A stretch of 64,000 bases of DNA from Candidatus Limnocylindrales bacterium. GTDB lineage: Bacteria > Chloroflexota > Limnocylindria > Limnocylindrales > CSP1-4. The notes below the pieces were generated by a model. The model was not told the DNA's origin, did not search any database, and saw only the letters and a list, made by a program, of their open reading frames with translations. Every line of letters begins with the position of its first letter. Within the stretch, counting starts at the first letter, position 1. Shown here piece by piece: positions 34,010-44,664 of this stretch. Both the position numbers and the translations under genes were made by a program. The DNA is taken from assembly GCA_038325875.1 (NCBI GenBank), contig JBBQJL010000004.1:42907-106906 (forward strand), in the 5' to 3' direction.

Positions 34010-36766
34010 CAGATCCCTCGACGAAGGGCGGCTGGAGCCGCCGGCTCTCGCTCGACGACGACGCCGAGCCCGATCCCGATCGCGACGGTCGCGACGATCG
34101 CGACGACCAGCAGCCCCAGCTCGCCCAGGCCGATCCGGACGGGGATGTCCAGGTCGGATCCGACGATCGCGCCGAGTCCGAGTCCGGGCCGCAGCGCCAC
34201 GAAGATGCCGGTCCCGAGGACGATACCGAACCCGACGGCGAGGGTCACGGTCGGCCCATGCTCGACGATCGACAGCCAGACGCTCTCGCGCCGGGTGAGC
34301 CCGAGCGTCCGAAGGTGAGCGGTCTCGGGCGCGCGGGCCGAGCCGGTCAGGGCAAGCGCCGCCGACAGCGCGATCGCGCTGTAGGCCAGCGCGGCGAGCA
34401 GGCCGGCGTCCACCCCGGTCGAGGTCGCCTCGACGACCGGCGCCGTCCGGATCGCGGCCGACCGCTCCATCCGGGCGTCGACATCGACGCCCGGGGCCAC
34501 CGTCCGCATCGCCTCACGCAGGCCGGCCGCGGCGCCGTCCGGGGCCTTCAAGAACACCGTGTTCGTGCCCAGATCGACGTTCGGAGTCCGGGCCGCCAGC
34601 CGGCCCCGGTCGACCACCACGAACGGACCGCCGACGGGCAGCGTTGGCATGTCGTCCTGGACGGCCAGCGCCTGGAACGAGACGTTCTCGCCGCCGACGA
34701 GCAGCTCGAACCGGTCGCCTGCTCGGATCCCATCGACCACCCCAGCCGGCGACACGACCGCCGCGACCGACCCATCGGCCGGGGCCGGGGCCTGGAGCTC
34801 GGCGGGGAGCCCCCCGGCCAGCGGGGTCCCGTCGGTCACCGTGGCGTACCCAGCCGCATCGATCGCCAGCAACTCGACGACTCGGGCCCCGACGGCGGGC
34901 AGGCTCAGCCGGGCCGCGCTCGCCGCAGCGGTGACCCCGGGCAGGTCCGGCGCGGCTGCATCGATGTCCGAGGCCAGTCGTCCGTCAGCCTCGACCAGTC
35001 GGAACGGGGCGCCGACCTGCTGCCAGGCGACCGCGTCCGAGGCCCGATCGAGGTAGTTCAGGGTCGCCAGCGAGAAGGCGCCGACCGTTGCGGTCAGCAT
35101 CAGCACCAGGAGGATCGGCGCGGCGGTCCCGCTCCGCGTCGTCCGGCGCAGGCCGAGGACCGGAACGAGGTCCCGGCGGAAACCGGCCATCGCCGCGAGC
35201 CCGCGGATCGGGATCGTGAACAGGCGCAGGGCGACGAGGCCCGCCGCCAACCCGGCCAGCGCCGGCACGGCCGCGATGAACGGGTCGGCCGAGGTGAGCT
35301 CGCCGGCGGTACCGCCGCCGCGCAGGCTGCGCTCCCGGAGGAGGATCGCCCCACCGACCGCCAGGCCGATGACGAGGAACTCGGCGACCAGCCTGCGCGG
35401 TGGCGATCGGCGACCTTCAGCGGCTTCCCGGGTCTGCCCCAGCGCCGTCCCACGAGCGATCGGCGTGATCATGGCCACCATCAGGACGGTCGTGACCGCC
35501 GCCACCGCGAGCGGGATGATCACCGTCGGAAGGTCGCTCCCGGTGTCGACGGCGAGCGTGGCCAGGAGGCTTGCTGCGAGCGCCGCAGGGACGGTCAGGA
35601 GGAGGCCCTCGGCAGCCGTCGCCCCGACGATCTGGGCCGCTGACCCGCCGCGGCTCCGGGCCAGGACGAGCGAGCTTCGGCGACGGGCCGAGCCGAGCAG
35701 GACCACCAGCCCAAGGGCCGCCCCGGCCACCGCTGCCGGGCCGATCGCCACGGAGGTCAGCACGGCTCCGACCGACGCCCAGCGCGCCTGCTGGCCCTCG
35801 ATGAACCGGAGCAGCCCGCTTCGCAGGATCGTGCCCGAAGCCGGTCCCGAGGCGACCGGCGTCGCCGGGAAGACGCTCTCCATCCGACGCAGGCCGACCT
35901 GCAGGTCGTCGACCTGGCCGGCCTCGAGCCGAGCCGGGTCGACGTACCAGCGCCACGAATAGCGCAGCGGGAGGCCGATCTGGTCGGTGTTCCCGAGGAG
36001 GATCGGATAGGCCTCGGGAGCGATCAGCGCGACGGCATTGGTCTGCACGTTGTCGGCCGAGAACGCCTTCCTGGTCGGTCGCTCGAGGGTGGTGTCGTCG
36101 GACCAGTACGGGGACGCCGGTTCCGGGACCTCGAAGATTCCGACGACCTGCCCCGCGGTCTTGTAGGCCCTGGCTCGATTGAGCGGATCCGTGACGTCGA
36201 GATCGAGCAGGAGCGTGTCGCCCACACCGACGCCCATCTCGGCCGCCGAGGCGGTCGACAGGGCCACCTCGTAGGCCGTGGTCCGGCCGGGCGCCCGCGG
36301 CGAACCGGGTGCGGCCGCGACGGTTCGGAGCGCTCCGGTCGGGGCGACCCCCTGGACATAGCGGACGTGGTCGGACACACCCTGCTGGACGCGCAGGGAG
36401 CAGGCTCGGCGTCTTCGTCGGGGACGTGACCCGGAAGCGCGGGGTGTCGACGACGTGTACGCGGTCGACGAACAGCCGGCTGACTGATGAGGGGATCTGC
36501 CCCTGTAGGTCGGTCCCCGCCGCGTCGACGGCCGACATCGGGTCCCCGGTCGAGGTCCCCAGCCGTCGCTCCTGGATGAGCTGGATGTTGCGCACGGCGG
36601 CGGACGCGCCGTACACCTCCGCCCGGAGGGCGTCGTCCGACACCCGGCCGAGGAGCCTGGGGGCCACGGCCAACAGGAAGGCCGTGACCAGGACGAGGAG
36701 GACCAGGCCGACGGCGGGAATGCGCTCTTGACCGAGCCTGCGCAGCGAGACGACCAGCCAGGCCAT
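34009..36766 (-). pseudogene. Large FtsX/MacB-type ABC permease interrupted by one frameshift (or a sequencing error) near 36396-36398
   Basis: The N-terminal roughly 120 codons (MAWLVVSLRRLGQERIPAVGLVLLVLVTAFLL..RFRVTSP) are in the frame of ORF 35417..36766. The rest (..LRVQQGVSDHVRYVQGVAP.. to the stop at 34009, with two FtsX-like TM bundles) is in the frame of ORF 34009..36894. Both ORFs turn into Arg/Pro junk beyond the junction. The junction coincides with a CCC run on the coding strand. Confidence 0.75.
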
Positions 36767-36770
36767 CGCC

Positions 36771-39700
36771 CTACCGGTCCCCGGCCCGGATGACCCGGCT
36801 GATCCGCGATTCGGGGACCTGCCGCACGAGGCTGATCAGTGCGCCGATCAGGATCGTCATGGTCACCGCGTAGACCGGCAGGATGGTCTCCCACGGGACG
36901 ACGATGACCGGGGTTGGGACGACGACTGCGCCGCTCGGGCTGAGCGTGGAGTACGGCAGCACCAGCCAGGCCAGGAGCAGGCCCAGGGCCGACCCCCCGA
37001 GGAGACCGACGACCAGCAGGAAGACCTGCTCCAGCGTCAGCCAGGTCGCAAGCTGCCGCTGGGAGAGCCCGAGCGCCCTGAGCAGGGCGAGCTCGCCCAG
37101 GCGTTCGTCGGTCGTGACGGTGGCACTCACCACGAACCCGATCGTGGCGAACGCGATGGCGGCCAGCGCGCCCAGGGCGAGGACGCCGACGACGCCGAGC
37201 CAGATCGGGTCACCGGCCAGGGCCCGGCTGAGCTCGTCGCGCCGGACGACCTCGACGGCGGAGTACGGCGCGGCGGCGAGCGTCGCCGCGACCGCGTCCG
37301 AGTGCGCCGGATCGACGGTCAGCCACCACTCGCTGGCGGCGACCGGGAAGCCGGTCGCTGAGAACGCGCTGAGGTCGAGCGTGGCGCCGTCGACGATCAG
37401 GAACGCCGATCCCGGGTCGAGTGGCGGGAAGGAGGCCAGGCTGCCGACGATCCTGACCGTCAGTGGCTGGGCCGCCGACGAGACGGCGATCGTGTCGCCG
37501 ACCTTGGCCCCGGTCAGGGCCAGGAACCGGTCGCCGGCGATCCCCGGGAGGATGCCGCCGCCGCTCGGCGAGCTCTCCAGCCGGTAAGTCGCGCCGGCCC
37601 GGTCCGCCGAACCGAACATTGAGTGTGATGCGTCGTCGGACCCGATGTCGATCCGTCCCGGCGATCCGGCGGGGGCCCGATACGGCTTCGTCCCTTCCGC
37701 GGTCATGCGGCTCCACGACCATCCGTCCGCCCCCGGATCGAACTCGACCGAAGTCCAGTCGTCCCCACCATCGGTCGGGCTCTGCGCGAAGCCCTTGAGG
37801 TCCACGCTGCCAGTGACCACGGCGTTGAGCGGCGCCATCAGCTCCAGCTCGAGGCCCACCAGCCGGAGAGGATAAGCGGGTGTCGCGGTCACTCCGTCGG
37901 CGACGGCTGCGAGTGGCACCTCGATCCGCTGATCCTTGCCCTGCGCAGCCAGGTTCCCGCCGGTGATCCGGTGGAGCCGCCCGTCGCGGTCCTGGACGAT
38001 GACCGTCAGGGCGCCGGCATCCCAGTCGGCGGGGATCTCGATGTCGCCCGTGGCGTTCGGGTCGACCGCCAGGTCGGCATCGATCGTCAAGCCCAGGCGC
38101 CGCGGTGCGCCGTCGAGCTTGACCGCCGTCGTCGTCGGCCGGGCGGCGGCGAGTCCCGCGAGGAGGCTCGACGCCGGACCGCTGTCGGGCGGAACGGTGA
38201 CCATCCCGGCGACGGCATTCGGATCGAGGGCGAGCAGCCGGCCTTCCCGGACCGTCCGACCCACCTCCATCGAGGTCACGCTCACCGGCGTAGCCGCTGT
38301 GACGCCTGCCACCGACCGGTAGGCAGGCCCGATGCTCCATCCCGGCAGGTCCGGGTAGTCGGACAGGACGACCCGGGCATCGCCGGCCGCCCGGTAAGCG
38401 GCCTGATCGACCTGCGACCGGGCGAACGTGGCGGCGCTCGCTGCGGCGAAGGTGCCCAGGGCCGCGGCGAGGACGAGAAGCAGGGCCGAGCGCGTGTAGC
38501 GAAGGGGCCGTCGTGCGATCTGGCGGGCCACGAGCGGCGGCACAAGCCCGCGTCGTCGCCCGAGCAGCCGCTCGCCGATCTCGGCCAGGCGGGGGATGAG
38601 CCGGGTCGCCAGCACCGCACCGGCAAGCAATCCGATCGCGGGCGCCGCGACGAGCAGCGGATCGATCCCGAGGACGCCTCGTGCGTCCCTGGTCAACGGT
38701 GCGCCGTAGAGGCGGAGCTGCCATAGGGCGATCGCGGCCAGCACGACCAGGAGCAGGTCGATCCCGAGTCGCTGCGCGATCGTCCGGCCGACCTGTCGGC
38801 CGAGCGACGCCCGGATCCCGAGCGGCGTCCCGCCCATCGTCATCGACGGCAGGGTCAGGACGACGACGCAGGCGAGGCCGGCCAGCGCGGTGACGATGAG
38901 CGTGTCCGGACCGATGTCCTCCGTGGCCACGACGCCGCTGTCTGCCAGCGGCCCGATCGTGCCGATGAGTCGGACGATCCCGACCGCCAGCAATCCAGCG
39001 AGGATCGCCGCGGGGACCGTCAGCAGAACGGCCTCCGCAAAGGCCACTGCGACGAGATGTCCCGAGGTTGCGCCGCGGGATCGGAGCAATACCGTCTCGG
39101 ACCGTCGGCGTTCGACGAGCAGCCCGGCCACCAGCAGGACCGCGTAACCGGCCAGCACGGCGAACTGGAGGGTCAGCAGCGTCACTCCACTGCGGCTGAC
39201 CAGGATCGCCCGCTCGATGTCGGTCAAGATCGCCGGCAGCCCGGTCAGGACGGCGATCTCGCGACCGCGGGGCAGGCCGGCCCTGAGCTGCGGCTTGAGC
39301 CCCTCGACACCCGCCCGGAGGGCGCCGATCCGGTCGACCCGGAGGCCGTCCGTCGACGGGATCCCGCGCCATTCGAGGGTGAGATCCTTCCCGACGGGGC
39401 CGCCTGTCAGGTCGTCGAGCGCGACCATGAACGGCCCGCGCAGGGTCGACTGGGGCTCTGTACGGATGCCCGTGAGCTCGAGTGGGTCGCCCACGAAGTA
39501 GGCGTCGTCGGCCTTCGGTTGCCACACGCCGACCAGCTCGACGGCGACCGGCTGGCCGCCAGGCCCGCGGACCAACTCGACGCGGTCGCCGACCTCCATG
39601 CCCAGTGCGGCAGCGGCCCCTTCGGACAGGGTCGCCTCGATCGGGACGTGCCCGGCCGAGGGCCAGCGTCCGGCCGTCAGGGTCGCGTGCCGACCGAGAT

Positions 39701-40085
39701 CCGCGTAGCTGCCGAAGGCCGCGAGATGATCTCGGGCGGCCGTGCCGTCAAGGCCGACCGGGGTGAGCGCGCCGCTCCGGGCCACCAGCACGACGGCGCC
39801 GCCAGTGGCCGAGATCGCCTCGGTCAGTCGGTCGCCGACGACCGCGTCGAGCGCGACGAGGTCCTTCGCCCCGGCCGACATGCGGACGACGATCGCACGC
39901 TCCGCCGGCGGAGCGTCGAGGACGGCCCGGCGCAACCCGCCGAGCGCCACCGTGTCGCCGTACAGCGCACCGGTCGTGAGGAGGGCGATCGCGCTGACGA
40001 GCAGAACGAACGCCGCGAACACGACCGACCGGTCGGCGCGGCTGCGCTGGACCACGGCGCGCCACAGGCCGATCGTCCCGAGCAA
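36771..40085 (-). CDS. Large FtsX/MacB-type ABC permease (1104 aa, duplicated FtsX module)
   Basis: TTG start, N-terminal TM, large extracytoplasmic domains, and two clusters of FtsX-type TM helices (..RSRGATSGHLVAVAFAEAVLL.. and ..LRALGLSQRQLATWLTLEQVFLL..). Paralogous to the downstream frameshifted gene. Confidence 0.85.
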   Translation of the reverse strand: MLGTIGLWRAVVQRSRADRSVVFAAFVLLVSAIALLTTGALYGDTVALGGLRRAVLDAPPAERAIVVRMSAGAKDLVALDAVVGDRLTEAISATGGAVVLVARSGALTPVGLDGTAARDHLAAFGSYADLGRHATLTAGRWPSAGHVPIEATLSEGAAAALGMEVGDRVELVRGPGGQPVAVELVGVWQPKADDAYFVGDPLELTGIRTEPQSTLRGPFMVALDDLTGGPVGKDLTLEWRGIPSTDGLRVDRIGALRAGVEGLKPQLRAGLPRGREIAVLTGLPAILTDIERAILVSRSGVTLLTLQFAVLAGYAVLLVAGLLVERRRSETVLLRSRGATSGHLVAVAFAEAVLLTVPAAILAGLLAVGIVRLIGTIGPLADSGVVATEDIGPDTLIVTALAGLACVVVLTLPSMTMGGTPLGIRASLGRQVGRTIAQRLGIDLLLVVLAAIALWQLRLYGAPLTRDARGVLGIDPLLVAAPAIGLLAGAVLATRLIPRLAEIGERLLGRRRGLVPPLVARQIARRPLRYTRSALLLVLAAALGTFAAASAATFARSQVDQAAYRAAGDARVVLSDYPDLPGWSIGPAYRSVAGVTAATPVSVTSMEVGRTVREGRLLALDPNAVAGMVTVPPDSGPASSLLAGLAAARPTTTAVKLDGAPRRLGLTIDADLAVDPNATGDIEIPADWDAGALTVIVQDRDGRLHRITGGNLAAQGKDQRIEVPLAAVADGVTATPAYPLRLVGLELELMAPLNAVVTGSVDLKGFAQSPTDGGDDWTSVEFDPGADGWSWSRMTAEGTKPYRAPAGSPGRIDIGSDDASHSMFGSADRAGATYRLESSPSGGGILPGIAGDRFLALTGAKVGDTIAVSSAAQPLTVRIVGSLASFPPLDPGSAFLIVDGATLDLSAFSATGFPVAASEWWLTVDPAHSDAVAATLAAAPYSAVEVVRRDELSRALAGDPIWLGVVGVLALGALAAIAFATIGFVVSATVTTDERLGELALLRALGLSQRQLATWLTLEQVFLLVVGLLGGSALGLLLAWLVLPYSTLSPSGAVVVPTPVIVVPWETILPVYAVTMTILIGALISLVRQVPESRISRVIRAGDR

Positions 40086-40264
40086 GGCGCCTCCCGTGGC
40101 TGATCGTATGGACGCCGGTACCGATGGATAGTCGCTCCGGGCGCCCGGGGTTCACACCATAGCGCGCCGTCCCATCAGCGCAGGGCCTCTTCGAGGGCGA
40201 CTCGGCGGTCGGTCCGTGGGTCCTGATCCTTTGACCGTCGGGATCGCCAGGCTCCACCGCCTGA

Positions 40265-41713
40265 CCCACGGCGAGACGGCGGACGCGCGCGACCCTTCAC
40301 GAACAGTTCGTCACGTGGGCCGACGGGGTCAACGCGGATCGCGATCGGGCACTCGAGTTCGAGGCGATCCTGGGCTATCACCTCGAGCAGGCGCACCGCT
40401 ACCTGGCCGAGCTCGGGCCGCTCGACGCGCACGGCACCGACCTTGGACTGCGCGCCGCCGAGCGTCTCGCCTCGGCGGGTCGGCGGGCCTTCGCCCGGGG
40501 AGACTTGCCGGCCGCTGCCAACCTCCTGCGCCGGGCGTCGGCACTGCTGCCGGTCGGGTCACCCGATCGAGCGGTCCTCCAGACCGAGGCGGGTGAAGCG
40601 TTGACCGAGGCCGGCGAACTGTCCACCGCGGACGAGGTCCTTGCCGAGGCGATCGCCGGTGCGGCTGCGATCGGCGATCGGTCGATGGAGATCACCGCGA
40701 GGCTGGTCCGGCAGTATCTCCACTACATGACCGAAGGGGGCCAGACCGAGGCCCAGATCATCGATGACGTGAACGCCGACATCGCAGTTCTCGAAGTCGA
40801 GGGCGATCACCGCGGTCTGACCCGGGCCTGGCGCCTGCTGACCAACGTCCACTTCGCGGGCTGTCGCTACCTCGATGCGGAGGTCGCCGCCAGGCGGATG
40901 ATCGAGGAAGCTCGCCTGGCCGGCGACCGCCTGATGGAGCTGCGCGTGCTGCCGGCCCTTGCGACCTGCGCCCAGCTCGGGCCGACACCGGTGCACGAAG
41001 CGATCGCGATCGTCGAACGGGTCCTGCCCGAGCTCGGCGGCGACCGCAAGTCCGAGGCGTACACGCTCCGCGCACTGGCCAACCTCGAGGCGATGCGTGG
41101 TCGGTTCGACGAGGCGCGCTCGCTGTACCGGCGGAGCCGGGCGACGTTGACGGAGCTGGGTTGGCGGTTCGAGGCGGCCCTGACCTCGGCGATCGCGTCC
41201 GGGCCGGTCGAGCTGATCGCCGGCGACGCTACGGCGGCCGAGCGCGAGCTGCGCGGCGACTATGAGGCGCTGGCGGCGATGGGCGAGCGGAATTACATCT
41301 CGACGACGGCGGCCTTCCTGGCCGAGGCCCTCCATCGCCAGGGCCGTGACGACGAGGCGCTCCGGATGACCGAGGAGAGCGAACGGATCGCGGCCGAGGA
41401 CGACGTCGCCACCCAGTATCTTTGGCGCAGCGTCCGCGCCAAGCTGATCGCCCGGCAGGGTCGCTTCGACGAGGCGGTGGCGCTGGCCGAGGCGGCCAGC
41501 GCGATCATCGGCGCGGCGCAAGACCCCGATTCGCAGGGGTATGCCGCGATCGATCTGGCCGAGGTGCTCCGCCTCGCCGGGCGCCTGGAAGAGGCGATCG
41601 CCGCGGCCGAGGCCGCCGCGACGCTGTTCGAGCAGAAGGCGAACAGCTCGTCTGCCGCTCGGGCGCGCGCCCTCCGCGCGGCGATCGAGGCCGAGCCGGT
41701 CGCCCGCCGGTAG
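40265..41713 (+). pseudogene. 5'-truncated remnant of a large ATPase/TPR-type regulator (only the helical-repeat C-terminal region remains)
   Basis: The frame opens right after TGA 40262-40264 and reads ..RRTRATLHEQFVTWADGVNADRDRALEFEAILGYHLEQAHRYLAELGP.. This block normally sits more than 600 aa into cyclase/AAA-TPR regulators. There is no ATG/GTG before TTG 40505. TPR-like repeats run to the stop. Confidence 0.55.
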
Positions 41714-42037
41714 GTCCGGGTGGGCTGCGGTCGCGCGACCCGGGCGACAGCGGCCAGGGCCCGTGGCCCTGGGGCCTCGACCCGAGCTCGCGCGCACGAG
41801 GCCACGCTCACGAGGCCACCAGGCCGCAGATATCACGGGCATCGCTAGCGGCTGTCCCGCCGAGGACGGAGCGAGCGGATCCGCGCGGCTCGCACCCCTG
41901 CAAGGCCCTCGTTATCACGGCCATGGATATCCGGGTGTCTGGACCGTGCGAGAGTCACGGTCTGGGCGGCCACGGCATCGTCGTATTCATGCCCGTGATG
42001 AGGCCACTCGGCGGGCGGCACCGCCCAAGGACTTGGC

Positions 42038-42484
42038 TCAGCGCCGCATGAAGTCGGGGGCGGCCAGCTCCGGGCCGTGCCAGCGGACGAGCTCTTCGGT
42101 CGACAGGCGGCCGAAGAAGTTCATGAAATGACCGCCAGCACCGAGTAGTCGATCCCGCGCCAGAAGCATCGTGGCACGGTCGGTCGCCCTGACCGCCACG
42201 ACGGCCCTGCCATCGCGGAGCGCAGCCTCGTAGGTCAGGAAGTCCGGCATCTGATCCATCGTCATGAACTGGAAGATCCGGACGATACGTCGCCACGGTC
42301 CGCCGGTGGCTCCGAGGCCATCGATCCGGTCGGCGCCCTCGTCGCCGCGCAGGACCGTGACGTCCACGGCCGGGATGCCCGCCGCGACGAGGCTTCGTCG
42401 CGCCTCGTCAGTCGAGGCGGCGTCGTCGAGGACCGCCAGCAGTCGGTCGGTCGGGTAGTCGAACGAGCGGCGGCGATCGGCCAT
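42038..42484 (-). CDS. Hypothetical protein (148 aa), family not recognised
   Basis: Protein-like composition and high GC3. Divergent from htrA. Confidence 0.6.
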   Translation of the reverse strand: MADRRRSFDYPTDRLLAVLDDAASTDEARRSLVAAGIPAVDVTVLRGDEGADRIDGLGATGGPWRRIVRIFQFMTMDQMPDFLTYEAALRDGRAVVAVRATDRATMLLARDRLLGAGGHFMNFFGRLSTEELVRWHGPELAAPDFMRR

Positions 42485-42664
42485 CGGCAGTCCTCCTGGC
42501 CGAGGATACGCCGTCGAGGGCGATGGTTAAGGAATCGCCACGGTGCAGGAACCTTCACCGCTTCTGGTTCGTGCATTCATCCCGCGGCGCCAGCGTGGTG
42601 GACGAACCATCCGGGCAACGGGCACTCGCATCGGCGAGGCCGTCCGGCAAGGAGGACCACGCTC

Positions 42665-43933
42665 ATGAACGATTCCCGACCTTCATGGACGCCTGACACT
42701 CGGGCGTCGATGACTGCTGAGACCCCGGCCACCGCCAGTCCGACCACCGCGTCCGTGTCGGCCGCGTCTCGGCGCACCTCGGCCGGACGGGGCTTCGTGC
42801 TCGGCGCGGTGATGGCGTCTGCTGTGCTTGCGTCGGGCGGGACCTTCCTGCTCGGCAGCGCCACCGGCGCGTTCGGTCGCCAGGCTGCGGCCACCCCGGG
42901 TCCGGTGATCACCCCGGTCCTCGCCGCCGCGCCGGTCGGCGGCCAGTCCTCCATCGTCGACATCGCGAAGGCGGTCAGCCCGGCTGTCGTCACCATCGTC
43001 GCCGACGGCGTCACCGAAACCGATCCGACCACTGGCCAGACCGGCACCGGGACGGCGACCGGGTCGGGGGTCATCTTCGATGCAAACGGGCTCATCCTCA
43101 CCAACCACCACGTCGTGGCCGGCGATCCTTCGGCCCTGACCGTCCATCTCAAGGACGGCCGCGAGTTCCCCGCCACCGTCTACGGCGTCGACACCCTGAC
43201 CGACCTGGCGATCGTCCAGATCAAAGCAGCCGGCCTGCCGACCGCCACCATCGGCGAGTCCTCGTCGATCCAGGTCGGCCAGCAGGCGATCGCGATCGGC
43301 AGTCCGCTCGGCACGTTCACCGACTCGGTGACCAGCGGGATCATCTCGGCCATCGGCCGGAGCATCCCGGTCCAGACCGGCCAGCTGACCAACCTCATCC
43401 AGACCGACACCGCGATCAACCCCGGCAACAGCGGTGGCCCGCTGCTCGATCCGAGCGGCAAGGTCATCGGGATCAATACGGCGGTCGCCAGCCAGAGCCA
43501 GGGCATCGGCTTCGCCATCCCGATCGACATCGCCCGGCCGCTCATGGAGCAGGCCTCGGCGGGTCAGCCCCTGGCTCGTCCGTGGCTCGGCATCCGGTTC
43601 GAGACGATCGACCCGGCACTCAAGAAGGCCGCCAACCTGGCCGTCGACCAGGGCGCTCTCATCGGCACCGGCGCGGCCCAGGATCCGACCGGCCAGGGCC
43701 AGTCCAACCAGGCGGGCCCGGCCATCGTGTCCGGCAGCCCGGCCGAGAGCGCCGGCCTGCAGGCAGGGGACGTCATCACTGCCATCGACGGCAAGACGGT
43801 CGACGGCAGCCACCCACTCGACCTGGTCATCAGCGGGTTCACGCCCGGCACGACGGTGTCACTCGACGTCACCCGGAACGGCCAGCCGATCACGATCTCC
43901 CTCACGCTCGGGACGAGGCCAGCCAACCCGTAG
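42665..43933 (+). CDS. htrA: HtrA/DegP-family serine protease (trypsin-like domain + PDZ), membrane anchored
   Basis: N-terminal TM, catalytic ..LTNHHVV.., ..DLAIV.., ..GNSGGPLLD.., and a C-terminal PDZ ..SPAESAGLQAGDVITAIDGKTV.. Confidence 0.9.
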   Translation: MNDSRPSWTPDTRASMTAETPATASPTTASVSAASRRTSAGRGFVLGAVMASAVLASGGTFLLGSATGAFGRQAAATPGPVITPVLAAAPVGGQSSIVDIAKAVSPAVVTIVADGVTETDPTTGQTGTGTATGSGVIFDANGLILTNHHVVAGDPSALTVHLKDGREFPATVYGVDTLTDLAIVQIKAAGLPTATIGESSSIQVGQQAIAIGSPLGTFTDSVTSGIISAIGRSIPVQTGQLTNLIQTDTAINPGNSGGPLLDPSGKVIGINTAVASQSQGIGFAIPIDIARPLMEQASAGQPLARPWLGIRFETIDPALKKAANLAVDQGALIGTGAAQDPTGQGQSNQAGPAIVSGSPAESAGLQAGDVITAIDGKTVDGSHPLDLVISGFTPGTTVSLDVTRNGQPITISLTLGTRPANP

Positions 43934-44037
43934 CGTCGTTACCCCCCAACACGCAGAGGAGGGACCGTCATCGCGGCGGCCCCTCTTCTGATCCGAGGGC
44001 CGTTCGACGGGCGCCCTGACCGGCCACCACGCTCAGG

Positions 44038-44505
44038 TCAGGACGGGGGACTGCGCGGCGGCTCAGGTACGACGAGGACGGGGACCGCGGCGCGATGGAC
44101 GACCTCCTCAGACACCCTTGACAGGCGATGCTCCGCCGAGCCGTCGACGGCCGGTGCGCCGATCACAATCAGGTCGACGAGCTCGGAGCCGGCGGCCTCG
44201 ATGATCGCATCAGCCGGGTCACCCTGCCAGATCAGGTAGTCGACCTCGACCCCCATCGCGCGGCCGCGAGCGGCCAGATCGTGGGCGGCTCGCTCGTGGA
44301 TCTCGCGGAGCTGGTCGACCCGTGCCGTGGTGACCGGCAGGTGCGCCTTGGACTCGAGCACGCTGACCACCACGACTGATGCCTGAAGCTCGGCGGCGAG
44401 CGCCAGCGCCCGTGCCTCGGGCAGCCCGGATGACGCCGGCAACTCGATCGCCAGCAGCAGGCGTCGGAATCGAGGGATGGGCAGCAGAACGACGTCGCCG
44501 GCCAT
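44038..44505 (-). CDS. Universal stress protein (UspA family)
   Basis: ..GDPADAIIEAAGSELVDLIVIGA..VSEEVVHRAAVPVLVV.. Confidence 0.8.
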   Translation of the reverse strand: MAGDVVLLPIPRFRRLLLAIELPASSGLPEARALALAAELQASVVVVSVLESKAHLPVTTARVDQLREIHERAAHDLAARGRAMGVEVDYLIWQGDPADAIIEAAGSELVDLIVIGAPAVDGSAEHRLSRVSEEVVHRAAVPVLVVPEPPRSPPS

Positions 44506-44664
44506 TGGAAGGCGTGCCGTTCAGCCGGGGAGTCGGGCGTGGGCGACAGTCGCATCCATGTCGGCATGCTGGATGGCCCGCGCGAACGCGGCGAGGGCCG
44601 ACCGGCCCATCCGACAGGGCCATCCGTCCCTCAACGCCAGCCCGACCGACGAGCGCCCTCGGCC

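Noticed and set aside
37210-39525. 771-aa minus-strand ORF inside the 1104-aa FtsX gene region
   Set aside because: It is an alternative frame of the same strand with Arg/Pro/Gly junk composition. The 36771..40085 frame has TM helices and FtsX motifs.
40175-40596. ORFs 40175..40432 (minus strand) and 40216..40596 (plus strand)
   Set aside because: They overlap the truncated TPR-regulator frame, which has recognisable homology-type motifs. Their translations are Arg/Pro-rich.
43934-44037. Terminator hairpin after htrA (agaggagggaccg..cggcggcccctcttc)
   Set aside because: The stem is imperfect with several mismatches, and I could not convince myself of a stable hairpin by eye.
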